This document shows, piece after piece, positions 19,387 to 31,628 of a stretch of 64,000 bases of DNA. The notes below the pieces were generated by a model. It was not told the origin of the DNA, did not search any database, and saw only the letters and a list, made by a program, of their open reading frames with translations. The DNA is taken from NCBI GenBank assembly GCA_050916045.1, contig CP051526.1, positions 3,328,001-3,392,000 of the forward strand, given 5' to 3'. Position numbers and translations under genes: made by a program. Each line of letters starts with the position of its first letter. Positions within the stretch are counted from its first letter, which is position 1. This stretch comes from Tepidisphaera sp. GTDB taxonomy: Bacteria; Planctomycetota; Phycisphaerae; Phycisphaerales; UBA1924.

Positions 19387-20061
19387 TCAGTCCAGCACGC
19401 CGAATCGGTAACCGGCGTTCTTGATGGTGTGGATCAGGGTTCGCGGCGCATCATGATCAATCTTGCGACGCAGCGCGGAGATGTACACATCGACGACGTT
19501 GCTCGTGGGCTCGAAATCAAGCTCCCACACGCGCTCACCGATCTGAGCGCGCGAAAGCACCCTGTTCTGGTTGCGCATCAGGTACTCAAGCACGGAGAAC
19601 TCGCGCGACGAAAGATCCCAGTGCTTCTCCCCGCGCTTGGCCCGACGCGTGTAGAGATCAAGCTCCAGGTCGTCGCACCGCAGCACCTTGCCCTCGGTCG
19701 CCTCACCCCGCCGCAGCACCGCACGCACCCGCGCCAGAAGTTCCTCGAACCGGAACGGCTTGGAGAGATAGTCGTCCGCGCCCGCGTCCAGCCCGCGGAT
19801 CTTGTCCTCGACCGCGCCCAGCGCGGTCAGCATGATGACCGGCGTATCGACCTTCCGGCGCCGCAGATTCCTGCACACCTCGACACCATCGCGATCAGGG
19901 AGCATCAGGTCCAGAATGATCACATCGAACCGCGACCCGGCCGCAAGGTCCTCGCCTTCGAATCCCGAATGGCTGACCTCGACCGCGTGGCCGGCCTCCT
20001 GAATCGCCGACTGGATGCTCAGCGCCATCTTCGGATTGTCTTCGATCACCAACACTCGCAT
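19387..20061 (-). CDS. OmpR-family response regulator
   Basis: VLVIED; DLMLP; GADDYLSKPF; SNVVDVYISALRRKID; GYRF. Confidence 0.96.
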   Translation of the reverse strand: MRVLVIEDNPKMALSIQSAIQEAGHAVEVSHSGFEGEDLAAGSRFDVIILDLMLPDRDGVEVCRNLRRRKVDTPVIMLTALGAVEDKIRGLDAGADDYLSKPFRFEELLARVRAVLRRGEATEGKVLRCDDLELDLYTRRAKRGEKHWDLSSREFSVLEYLMRNQNRVLSRAQIGERVWELDFEPTSNVVDVYISALRRKIDHDAPRTLIHTIKNAGYRFGVLD

Positions 20062-20220
20062 GCAGACTTCTCCGTTGGGCCAAGTCAGAAGTTTCCATCA
20101 AATGGTAGCCGAAGCAACCTCGGACAAAGCCCCGCACGACCAGCGTACGAGCATCCTGACGCTGGACACGCGTTATCACTCGCGCCGACGCCCTCAACTT
20201 TGTGACATCGTCGGATCATT

Positions 20221-21120
20221 TCAAGCGGACCTCGCGAGGTCGGAAGGCGACGACGCGGAGACTTTGGCGAGCCGAGAGAGCTTCTTGACCGCGCTCGCGA
20301 GAAGATTCCGAACGACCGTCTGCCTCAAACCCATCGCAGCGGCGACCGCCTCCACAGACCGCGAGGTCCCGCCCTCGAACCCGAACCGCAGGTCCACCAC
20401 CGTCCGCTCCGCCTCCGGAAGCGACGCAAGCATCTCGACGATCGACCGCCGGAACCGCTCCCGCGGGGATCCCTCGTCGTCGCCCACGCCCTCCGAGGCG
20501 ACACGAACAAACGCGGCCGCTCCGAGATCGCTCTCAAGAGTGCCTCGCCGTTCGCAGGCCGACCGGCACGATCCAACCGCCTGCACGCGATCGATCCGCC
20601 ATCCCAGCAACTTTCCCAGTTCTTCATAGCTGGGCGCGCAGCCCGTAGAAGCGACGAAGCTCGCTTCCGCCCGGGCCAGAAGCTTGAGCGCCGCACGATC
20701 CGAACGATTCAGCCGCCCTCGCGTCGAGAGTGACTTGGCGAATGCCTCCGAAATGGACTGACGGATCCAATACGTCGCGTACGTGCTGAATCTGCACCCG
20801 CAGTCCGGATTGAACCGATCAACGGCGGTGATCAGCCCCACCTGGCCCTCCGCGACCAGTTCCTCGAGCGGAACGCCGCGACCCGCGAAGCGACGAGCCA
20901 GCGCCACGACAAGCCCCCTGTTGAACGCGATCAGCTTCTCGCGCGCCTCACGATCCTTCCCATCCCGCCACGCTCGCCCGTACTCCACTTCCTGATCGTG
21001 CGTCAAGAGAACGCGTCCGCCCGGGGACATTCGCGGAAACGTCCTGAACTCATTTGAAGCGACAGATGTTCCCATGTTCGGATGATACAGACTCATTCCG
21101 GTCAGCAAGCCGAATTGCAC
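20221..21120 (-). CDS. Alternative sigma70-family factor (start uncertain)
   Basis: Region 2 EGQVGLITAVDRF..RFSTYATYWIRQSI; region 4 LPEAERTVVDLRFG. Confidence 0.85.
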   Translation of the reverse strand: MQFGLLTGMSLYHPNMGTSVASNEFRTFPRMSPGGRVLLTHDQEVEYGRAWRDGKDREAREKLIAFNRGLVVALARRFAGRGVPLEELVAEGQVGLITAVDRFNPDCGCRFSTYATYWIRQSISEAFAKSLSTRGRLNRSDRAALKLLARAEASFVASTGCAPSYEELGKLLGWRIDRVQAVGSCRSACERRGTLESDLGAAAFVRVASEGVGDDEGSPRERFRRSIVEMLASLPEAERTVVDLRFGFEGGTSRSVEAVAAAMGLRQTVVRNLLASAVKKLSRLAKVSASSPSDLARSA

Positions 21121-21381
21121 ATGAATCGCGCCTCAGCCTGCGGTCATGACGACTGTCACTCGCCCCTGCGCCCGTAAAGGCTGATTCACGCCGCCTTCAC
21201 CGCTCTCCCACGTCACGCACCTGACTCCGCAATGTCCGGTGCAGCGCGCCGCAGAACGACCACCCGCCGCCCGACGAGCAGCGCCGCCTTTCCCATGCCG
21301 TTTCGCAGCAGTCTCCGATGTGCCGATCACATGAAGGTTCTTTCATCGGCCGCTCGGGTAACCCGAACAGAAGGGCTTCCC

Positions 21382-21930
21382 ATGATGTCGCTGGCCGATC
21401 TTCTTTCCGAACAGATTCGCACAATCTTTCTCGCCGAAGAACGGTTTGCTCGTGCCGCGCCCCGACTGATCGAGAGTACCAGCACACCCGCATTCAGCCG
21501 CACTGTCGAAGAACTCGCCGTTCGCGCCACGCTCAGGATTCGCCGGCTTGAGTCCATCGCCGAAAGCATGAGCGTGCGGCTTGGAGGTCAGGGATGCCGC
21601 GCCATGGACGCTTTGCTCGCGGAATGTCACGAAGCCGCCGGGCTCGCCGGCAACGCTTGCGTGTGCGACATCGCGATCGCGTATTCGATCCAGCGGGCGA
21701 TCCAGCACCTTCTCTCTTCATACGCCGCCTGCCTCGCCCTCGCGCAGTCCGCAAGCCTGCACACGGTCGCCGGATCCCTCGCGGTCAGTATCGAGGACAT
21801 CTGCCAATCGGACGAACGACTGGTCCGTGTGCTCAGCACCGATCTCTTCAACTCCGCTCCCAAGGGCTCCCGAAGCCGGCATCTCTTTCGCCGCCGCTCG
21901 GGCGATCCGTTGGAGTTTGCTCCTGACTGA
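21382..21930 (+). CDS. Divergent DUF892 ferritin-like paralogue
   Basis: Aligns by eye with 13604-14095 (AEERF..PRL, RLESI, CRAMDALLAE, SDERL) but lacks EHYE. Confidence 0.65.
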   Translation: MMSLADLLSEQIRTIFLAEERFARAAPRLIESTSTPAFSRTVEELAVRATLRIRRLESIAESMSVRLGGQGCRAMDALLAECHEAAGLAGNACVCDIAIAYSIQRAIQHLLSSYAACLALAQSASLHTVAGSLAVSIEDICQSDERLVRVLSTDLFNSAPKGSRSRHLFRRRSGDPLEFAPD

Positions 21931-22153
21931 GGCACCCGCTCCCTCGGGATGACCAGCAACTCGCGTTCGCAGACCGCTGCAATCGACACCGCCGGGTCGC
22001 GAAACCAAGCCGTAAGGTTCCTCGGGGGAGAGTTCCTCGTCCGCTTACTGCCCCCTTGGTCCCGAGCGACCCCGGCGGAGGGATACGCGTGCGCGTGGAA
22101 TGGCAGCCCATCGCAAGCAATGCGAAGCCGCTCGTGCCCGACGGAGACGATCG

Positions 22154-23125
22154 TTGACGAATGAACAGCAGAATCCCGAAAATCTCCCGGATCCGGCTGG
22201 CGAGGATCTGCATTCATCACCCTGGATCAGCTTCATCCTGGCGCACCTCGCCGAGGGCGTCATCCTGACCGACACGATCGGTCGCGTCACGCGAATGAAC
22301 CCCGCCGCAGAGCGTCTGACAGGCTTCTCCGAGAGCCAAGCGACCGGGAAGCCCGTCGCCGAGGTCTTCCGCGTCATCGAAGAAGGCTCGGGCCGGCTCC
22401 TCGAGCCACTGGCCATTCACGCCTTGGAACAGTCGAAAGCGGATCGCACGGGCGTGCGCCTCGTGTCGCGCGACGGCTCGACCCGCGCGATCCGTGAAAG
22501 TGCCGCTGCCATTCACACCGACGCCGGAACCACAATCGGAGCGATGGCGACCTTTCAGGTCGAGGCGGCGAGCAACCCTCAAGCAAGCCCGCGGCTCAAC
22601 AGCCTCGGTCACGACATGAGCAACCTGCTCCTGCCGCTTCTGCTCCGCTTGGACGCACTCGAAGAGACCCCACTCACGCCCGAAGCGAGAGAGGACGTCC
22701 GCGAGATCCGCGCGGCGGCACAGTCGCTTCAGAAGCTCGCGATCGCGTTTCGTCTTCTTGGACAAGGCGAAGAGGCGTCATGCTCGGGAGACAAGACACT
22801 GGTCGGGTCCTGGTGGAACCAAGCTTCGGGAGCGATAAGGTCCGCTCTTCCGCGCGGCTGGATCCTTGCCGCCGATCTGTCCGCTTCCCACCATGCCGCG
22901 ATCTCCGGTGCCGCGCTCACTCAGGTGATCTTCAGCCTGGTGCGAAGCTTGGGAGACGCACGGAAGGACCAAGCGGGCCAGGTCCTGATCCGCGCGTGGG
23001 ATGAACCGATGTTCGTCTGCATCAGCATCGAGTCCATCAGCGAAACGTCGGTTCCGAAGTCCGCTCAGAACTCTGGCGACGCCGCGACGGGAGTCTCGAC
23101 GATCCGTATAGCCCGAGCGATCTGA
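22154..23125 (+). CDS. PAS-domain protein with a degenerate histidine-kinase module
   Basis: PAS EGVILTD..GRVTRMNPAAERLTG; H-box-like LGHDMSNLL; no DxGxG or GxG boxes. TTG start after GGAG. Confidence 0.7.
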   Translation: MTNEQQNPENLPDPAGEDLHSSPWISFILAHLAEGVILTDTIGRVTRMNPAAERLTGFSESQATGKPVAEVFRVIEEGSGRLLEPLAIHALEQSKADRTGVRLVSRDGSTRAIRESAAAIHTDAGTTIGAMATFQVEAASNPQASPRLNSLGHDMSNLLLPLLLRLDALEETPLTPEAREDVREIRAAAQSLQKLAIAFRLLGQGEEASCSGDKTLVGSWWNQASGAIRSALPRGWILAADLSASHHAAISGAALTQVIFSLVRSLGDARKDQAGQVLIRAWDEPMFVCISIESISETSVPKSAQNSGDAATGVSTIRIARAI

Positions 23126-23164
23126 TTCTCGAAACCACCCGGTATCAGCCGCCTGAGCAAAGGC

Positions 23165-23695
23165 TCACGTCCCGCCGGGCGGCGTGCGGCTGAAGAACCG
23201 CTTGAGCGCACGAAAGCCCGTGGGCTGCTTGGGAATCTCCACGCGCGGCAGCGGAGGCTTTCCGCGCACTGGCGCGGTTCCGCGATAGTGCTGGCGAGCG
23301 ATGTCGCCAAGCACGAAACTCCCGGCCGCGACACGCTGAATGCTCTCGACGATGATGCGGGGATCATCGCCTTTGGAAAGGTACCCCCACGCGCCCGCCG
23401 AGATCGCACGCTCGATGCACTCGTGCGTGACATACCCGGAGAGGAAAAGCACGCGACAGTCCGGGTGCCTGGAGGCGAGGTCCTCCATCATGACGAAAGG
23501 GTCCTGTCCGGGCATCGCAAAGTCCATGCAAACCACCGTCGGCGAAGTCTCGTCGATGAGCTTGAGAAACGCTTCCCGCGTGTCCGCGGAACCAAGCCAC
23601 TCAAAGCCATCACGGCCGTTCAGCTTGCGAGCGATCGCGTTGGACACCAACTGGTTGTCCTCCACGCACAAAACCCTGATCGCATTGGTGGTCAT
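23165..23695 (-). CDS. NarL-type receiver-domain protein without HTH
   Basis: VLCVEDN; MDFAMPG; GAWGYLSK; Pro/Arg-rich tail. Confidence 0.85.
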   Translation of the reverse strand: MTTNAIRVLCVEDNQLVSNAIARKLNGRDGFEWLGSADTREAFLKLIDETSPTVVCMDFAMPGQDPFVMMEDLASRHPDCRVLFLSGYVTHECIERAISAGAWGYLSKGDDPRIIVESIQRVAAGSFVLGDIARQHYRGTAPVRGKPPLPRVEIPKQPTGFRALKRFFSRTPPGGT

Positions 23696-24014
23696 TTTGC
23701 GGACGTCCCCTCGGCGTCTTCATCCTCCGTCCGTATTCTAGACGAAGCAGCCTTCAACCGCCAGCGCGAGCGCCCGCATCACCATTGATCTCGATGTTGG
23801 CGACAAAGAAAACCGAAGAGTTTCGGCCACCGACCGCCACGCAACACGCGCGCATTGCGGCCTTGCCGGCATAAATCCGAAAACACGCTTTCTTCAGCGC
23901 CCGTGCCACGCCGCTGACCATGCTCGGGATGTCCATCCTCCGCTGGCGGGATTGCGACCCCAACGTCATTCCGACCGGGCGTCAGTTCCCCTCAAACCAA
24001 AGAAAGGTCTTCCC

Positions 24015-25280
24015 ATGAAAGTCACCAAGCTCATCGCAGCGTGCGGTCTGTGCGTCGCGTTCGGTACCGCGTCGGCACAAACCGAGGAGAGCACCAGCCA
24101 ACCGTCGAGCCGACCCGCGAACACCTCAAACGGAGCGTCTACGGGCAACGCGACCGGCGTCGGAGCGATCCTCAAACAGCTTGAAGGAAGCTGGAAGGTC
24201 GACATCACGGTCAACACCGAGCTCTGGAATCCGCACCTGTTCAAGGATGTCCGCAGCGACCGGCCATCCGACAGAAACGACGCTTCGCCGGATCAGTCCG
24301 ACAAGAAGGACAGTCGCACAACCGATCGAGCAAGCGGCGACAGGCTGGCTTCCGGCGACGGAATGAAGACCTTCACCGGCTACACCCGGACTGAGTTGAT
24401 CCTCGGCGAGGTGCTCCAGCAGACGACCTCCATGCCCGACCTCGATTCGACCATGGGCATGGGCGTCGATGAGATGCCGCACAGCAAGAACGGCGACCAC
24501 GACAAGAAGGACCGCATCCGCGACGGCGACGGCGATCGCGATCCGAGCAAGGGCCATTCCGACCGAAACAGCAAGCACGCCAGCGGATTCAAGGGCGTCT
24601 CGCTGCTCTCGTTCGATGAGGGTTCGAAGACCTACTCGATGGTCTTCGTCAGCAACTGCGAAGATCAGATGCATCTCAAGAACGGCACGTACACGACCAA
24701 CGGCAATCAGATTGTCTTCCACGGTTCCCACGATCACACCTTCGCCGCCGGCGCGCCCTCGACTTCCCAGCCGAATGAGCGGCCCAACACCAACTCCGAA
24801 GCCAAGCCTGCCACGCCCACGGACAACGCTTCGGCCAACCCCGGCCGTGGAAACGAAGTCGTCAACCCGGGAAACCCCAACAACCCCTCCATGAACCCGG
24901 ACGATCGCACGACCCAGCCGTCGATCGACACGGCGCGATCGAACCACGCGACCGCTTGGAAGAGCACCATGTCCGGCTGCCAGGTGGTCATCGACATCAT
25001 CAGCCCTGACGAACATCGCGTCACGATGTACGCGACCGAAGGTCCTCTCGTCCCGTCCCCCTCGAACCCGGGCACGCCCGCCCGCCTCGACAGCACGCCG
25101 CCCGACAACGCTTCGGGCATCAACCGCAACATCCAGCCCAGCGGCAACGAGCCCGCGATCGCGATGACGGCCGGCAAAGTCGTTTACCGCGCGGTCTTCC
25201 GCCGTGCGGCCGGTGACGAGATCGCTCGAACCCGCGAATTGACACGGCTCACCAACGCTTCCACGACGGACAATCGCTGA
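24015..25280 (+). CDS. Secreted protein, DUF1579-like beta fold interrupted by low-complexity inserts
   Basis: Signal peptide ending ASA-Q; LKQLEGSWKV; FKGVSLLSFD; IISPDEHRVTMY. Confidence 0.6.
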   Translation: MKVTKLIAACGLCVAFGTASAQTEESTSQPSSRPANTSNGASTGNATGVGAILKQLEGSWKVDITVNTELWNPHLFKDVRSDRPSDRNDASPDQSDKKDSRTTDRASGDRLASGDGMKTFTGYTRTELILGEVLQQTTSMPDLDSTMGMGVDEMPHSKNGDHDKKDRIRDGDGDRDPSKGHSDRNSKHASGFKGVSLLSFDEGSKTYSMVFVSNCEDQMHLKNGTYTTNGNQIVFHGSHDHTFAAGAPSTSQPNERPNTNSEAKPATPTDNASANPGRGNEVVNPGNPNNPSMNPDDRTTQPSIDTARSNHATAWKSTMSGCQVVIDIISPDEHRVTMYATEGPLVPSPSNPGTPARLDSTPPDNASGINRNIQPSGNEPAIAMTAGKVVYRAVFRRAAGDEIARTRELTRLTNASTTDNR

Positions 25281-25327
25281 CCGCTTCGGCATCTTCGACC
25301 CTCGCAAACACAAAGCCCAACCACACC

Positions 25328-25365
25328 CCGGGGCCGTCGGCACCTTCGCCGACGGCCCCGGTCTT
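25328..25365 (+). terminator. Stem-loop, probable terminator
   Basis: 14-bp stem CCGGGGCCGTCGGC / GCCGACGGCCCCGG, 6-nt loop, followed by TCTT. Confidence 0.6.
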
Positions 25366-25437
25366 CGCTTCCATCTCTCGTATTCCACAACCAGCGCCCA
25401 CCGCGCACGCCCCCGAGCTTTGTGCGATACTGCCGAG

Positions 25438-28400
25438 ATGAAGCACGCCCCGCTCCACACGCTCGCCCGCACGCTCGCCGCCTTCCTCCTCTCCGCCGGC
25501 CTCGCGGCGCTCACCGGATGCATGCCCTCGGCTTCGATCGAAACACGAAGCCTCACCACCGAGTTCAGAGCCAACCCCGCCGGACTCCACACGCCCACAC
25601 CGCGTCTGGCGTGGAAGCTCGCCCCCACCACCGGCGAACGCGGCTCGGGCATGTCCGCCTACCGCATCATCGCCGCACGCTCCGCCGAAGACCTGCAAGC
25701 CCAGCGCGACCTGATCTGGGACACCGGAGTCGTCAAAGCCGACGAACGAACGACCAACACGATCGAGTACGCCGGAACCACGCTCCGCTCGCGCGACCAC
25801 GTCTCGTGGCGCATCCAGACCTGGGATCAAGCCGGCCGCGACGCGGGCTGGAGCGAGCCCGCGTCCTTCTCCGTCGGCATTCTCTCGCAGGAAGACTGGA
25901 GCCAAGCCGAGTGGATCGGCCTCGACGATGCGCCGCAGGCCCCGCTCACGCTCGCCATGCGCGATGAGCTCCGCCGCTTGCCCTACATCCGCCAGCCCGG
26001 CCCGCCCGCCCGCTCGGAAAGGCAAGCAACCTTCCAGACCCGATTTTCGCTCCGTGCCGGCATCGTCACCGAAGCCTGGTTCGCCGGCGGTGCCGACCAG
26101 TTCGGCGCCGTCGTCCTCAACTCCAAGACCCTCGGATCGGTGAACCGCTGGGAGCCCGCGCGTGCCCTCGACGCCCGTGAAGCGCTGGTCGCTTCCGAGA
26201 ACATTCTGACCGTTGCCGTCCGCAACGAGGACGGCTTCAACCCCGCCGCTACGGGCATGCTCTTCATTCGCTTCGCCGACGGCTCCGACCAGCGGATAGT
26301 CCTCGACAAATCCTGGCGCCTCCGCGATGCATCCACCACCGACATCGCCGGCTCACCCGTCGAAGAGTCCCGGAGCCAGCCCTGGGGCGGCAACCGCAAC
26401 ACCGAGCACTTCATGCCCAGGGCCCCGTACCTTCGCACCACCTTCTCCACCGCTCGCGGAAAGACCATCGCGAAAGCCACGCTCTTCTCGACCGCTCTGG
26501 GCGTCTATCAGCCCCGCCTGAACGGCAACCGCGTCGGGATCGACGAGCTCACCCCCGGCTGGACCGAGTTCACCAAACGCGTCTACCACCAGACCTACGA
26601 CGTCACCGCGATGATCACGCCCGGCGAGAACTGCCTGGGCGCGGTCCTCGGCGACGGCTGGTACGCCGGCCTCCTCGGCTACACCGGTAAGCGTCAGTAC
26701 TACGGCGGCCCGCCACGCTTCAAAGCACGCCTTGAAATCACCTACGCCGACGGCACGGTCGACACGATCGTCACCTCACCCCGATGGGTCGCCTCCTTCG
26801 GCCCCATCATCCACAACGATCTCTACATGGGCTCGGACTACGACGCCCGCCTCGAGATGCCCGGCTGGGACACCCCAAGCTTTCCCGTATCGGACTGGAA
26901 GCCGGTCGACACCGGCCTCGCGCCCAGAGCCGTCACGCTCCGCCAAGCCGACGTCACGCAGAAGGTGACCGACCTCCTCGCCAAGAATAAATCCTTCCAG
27001 ATCAACCCCCAATCCCTCGGCGACCCAGCCTTCGGCGTCGTCAAGGTGCTCAACGTCGACTACACCGTCGGTGGCGTCTCCAAATCCGCGACGTTCCAAG
27101 AAGGCGAAGTCGCAACGTTCCCGCGTCCTGGCGAAGCCGGCGCGGTCGTCATCACCCGCGCCGTCTTCACAGAACCACCGCCGGCCCCGACCCCTCCCTT
27201 CATCATCGAGCCCCAGCCCGGCGAGCCCGTCCGCCGGTTCGAGACGCTGGCCACCAAAGCCATCACCGAACCTCGCCCAGGCCGATACGTCTTCGACCTC
27301 GGCCAGAACATGGTCGGCTGGACGCGTCTGACGATCAACGGCCGCTCGGGCCAGCGGCTCACGCTGCGCCACGCCGAGATGCTCAACCCCGACGGCACGC
27401 CGTACACCTCCAACCTCCGCGGCGCGACGCAAACCGACTACTTCACCCTGCGCGACGGCCCGCAGACGCTCGAGCCGCCCTTCACTTTCCACGGCTTCCG
27501 ATTCGTCGAGATCTCCGACCTGACTGAGCCGCCAACGCCGGACATGCTTGTCGGCATCGTCGCGCACACGGCGATCACGCCCGCCGGCACGTTCACCTGC
27601 TCGAATCCGCTCGTGAATCAACTCGTCCACAACATCATCTGGGGCCAGAAGGGCAACTACCTCGAGGTCCCCACCGACTGCCCGCAGCGTGACGAACGCC
27701 TCGGCTGGACCGGCGACGCCCAGTTCTTCGCCAACGCCGCGTCGTACAACTTCGACATCGCTTCGTTCATGTCGCGCTGGCTCAAGACCCTCGCGCAGGA
27801 CGCCCAGTTCCCCGACGGCACCTTCGCGCACGTCGCGCCGAAGGTGAACGAACGCGGCGGCTCAACCGCGTGGGGCGACGCCGCGATCATCTGCTCGCAC
27901 GCCATGTACCGCGCGTACGGCGACACCCGCGTCATCACGGACCACTACGAAGCGTTCCTCCGCTACATGGCGTGGCTTGATGGCAAGACCACCTCCGGCA
28001 TCTCGAAGGTCGGCGGCTTCGGCGACTGGGTCAACCTCGGCGACCCGACCAGCTCCGACCTGATCGACACGGCACAACGCATCCTGCTCCTGGGCAACAT
28101 GTCCGAGATGGCCCGCGCCATCGGCAAGGAAGCGGACGCCGATCGGTTCGACGCGGCCCGAGCCGCCTCCATCACCGCATTCCGCGCTCGTTTCCTCGCT
28201 CCGGACGGCTCGCTCAAGGAATCGGGCCAGACCGGCTACGCCATGGCTTTCACCATCGACGGCATCATTCCCGCCGAAAGCCGCAAAGCGACCGCCGACG
28301 CGTTCGTCAAGTCCATCGAAGCCAAGAACTGGCACCTCGCCACCGGCTTCATCGGCACCCCCCGCTTGCTCCCCGCCCTCTACGCCGCCGGCCGCGACGA

Positions 28401-28997
28401 TGTCGCCGAACGACTCCTCCTCACCGAGGATTACCCGTCGTGGCTCTACCAGGTGAAACTCGGCGCGACCACCATGTGGGAACGCTGGGACGGCTGGACC
28501 CCCGAGCGAGGCTTCCAGGACGTGGGCATGAACTCCTTCAACCACTACGCCTTCGGTGCGGTGGGTGATGCTCTTTATCGCCACGTCGCGGGCATCTCCG
28601 CCCTCGAGCCGGGGTATCGCAAGATTCTGATCGAGCCCAGGCCGATGACCCCCACCAAGTTGCACACACCGTTTGATCGTGTCGACGCGACCTATGACTC
28701 GGCCGCCGGTCTGATCAGCAGTGCCTGGACGAAGAACGGCTCCACCGAGTCGTACCACATCTCCATCCCGCCGAGTACGACAGCCGAAATCCGTCTGCGT
28801 GTGCCCGCCGGTGCGACGGTCAGCGAATCGGGCAAGCCGATCGCGCAAGCAGCCGGATTGAAAGTGATCTCAGCACCCGAAGCAGGAAAAGACAGCACAG
28901 GCATCATCCGACTCATCGCGGAGTCCGGAACCTACCACCTCACGGTGAGCGGGATTTCCCCTCCGCCGCCGGAAAACTTCAGCGTCATCGAAAAGCG

Positions 28998-29001
<4 letters not shown>
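25438..29001 (+). CDS. GH78 alpha-L-rhamnosidase lipoprotein
   Basis: LTGC lipobox; DLGQNMVGW; FTFHGFRFVE; PTDCPQRDERLGWTGD; GATTMWERW; MNSFNHYAFG. Confidence 0.95.
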
Positions 29002-31007
<2,006 letters not shown>

Positions 31008-31153
31008 GTCGGGGTGATGGTAGGATCACGCCAAGCCCCTCAACACCCGCCGCGCCCGGACGCCTCCAGACCCGAAACCCCCCCGCCCCTGGCCGGTAGA
31101 CGGGGTCATCCCCGGGCCGTGTCGTGGCGGCCCGAGGGATCCCGGAGTTTCTC

Positions 31154-31594
31154 GTGGCTACCAACCGTTCGAACGCTCGCCCCCTCTTCGCTCTCGCCCT
31201 CCTCGCCGCTCCTCTCCTCCCCGGCTGCATCATCGTCAGCAAGCACGAAACCCCGTCGCGCTCAGGCGAGTGGTACTCGTCCTACGAGTCCGGCTCCGCG
31301 CAAAATCGGCGCATCGGCATCGAGATGGGCACCATCTCCGACGCCACCGCCGCGCAGGCCGGCGTCAATCCGGCTCACGTCACGCTCGTCTCCGGCGTCA
31401 TCCCCGGAACCCCCGCCGACAAAGCCGGGATTCGCGTCTGGGACATCATCGCCGCCATCGACGGCCGAGATGTCGCGAACCCCGCATCTCTCCGCGGCGC
31501 GGTGGAAGCCAAAGCCGACGGCGAAACCCTCACGCTCACAATTGTGCGAGCCGGCCAGCGCCAGCAGATCGTCGTCGGCACCGAGCGCCGCTGA
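31154..31594 (+). CDS. PDZ-domain lipoprotein
   Basis: LPGC lipobox; IGIEM; VIPGTPADKAGIRVWDIIAAIDG; LTIVRAG. Confidence 0.85.
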   Translation: MATNRSNARPLFALALLAAPLLPGCIIVSKHETPSRSGEWYSSYESGSAQNRRIGIEMGTISDATAAQAGVNPAHVTLVSGVIPGTPADKAGIRVWDIIAAIDGRDVANPASLRGAVEAKADGETLTLTIVRAGQRQQIVVGTERR

Positions 31595-31628
31595 ACGCGT
31601 CCGCATCGCGTTCTGGTAGGCTGCGCCC

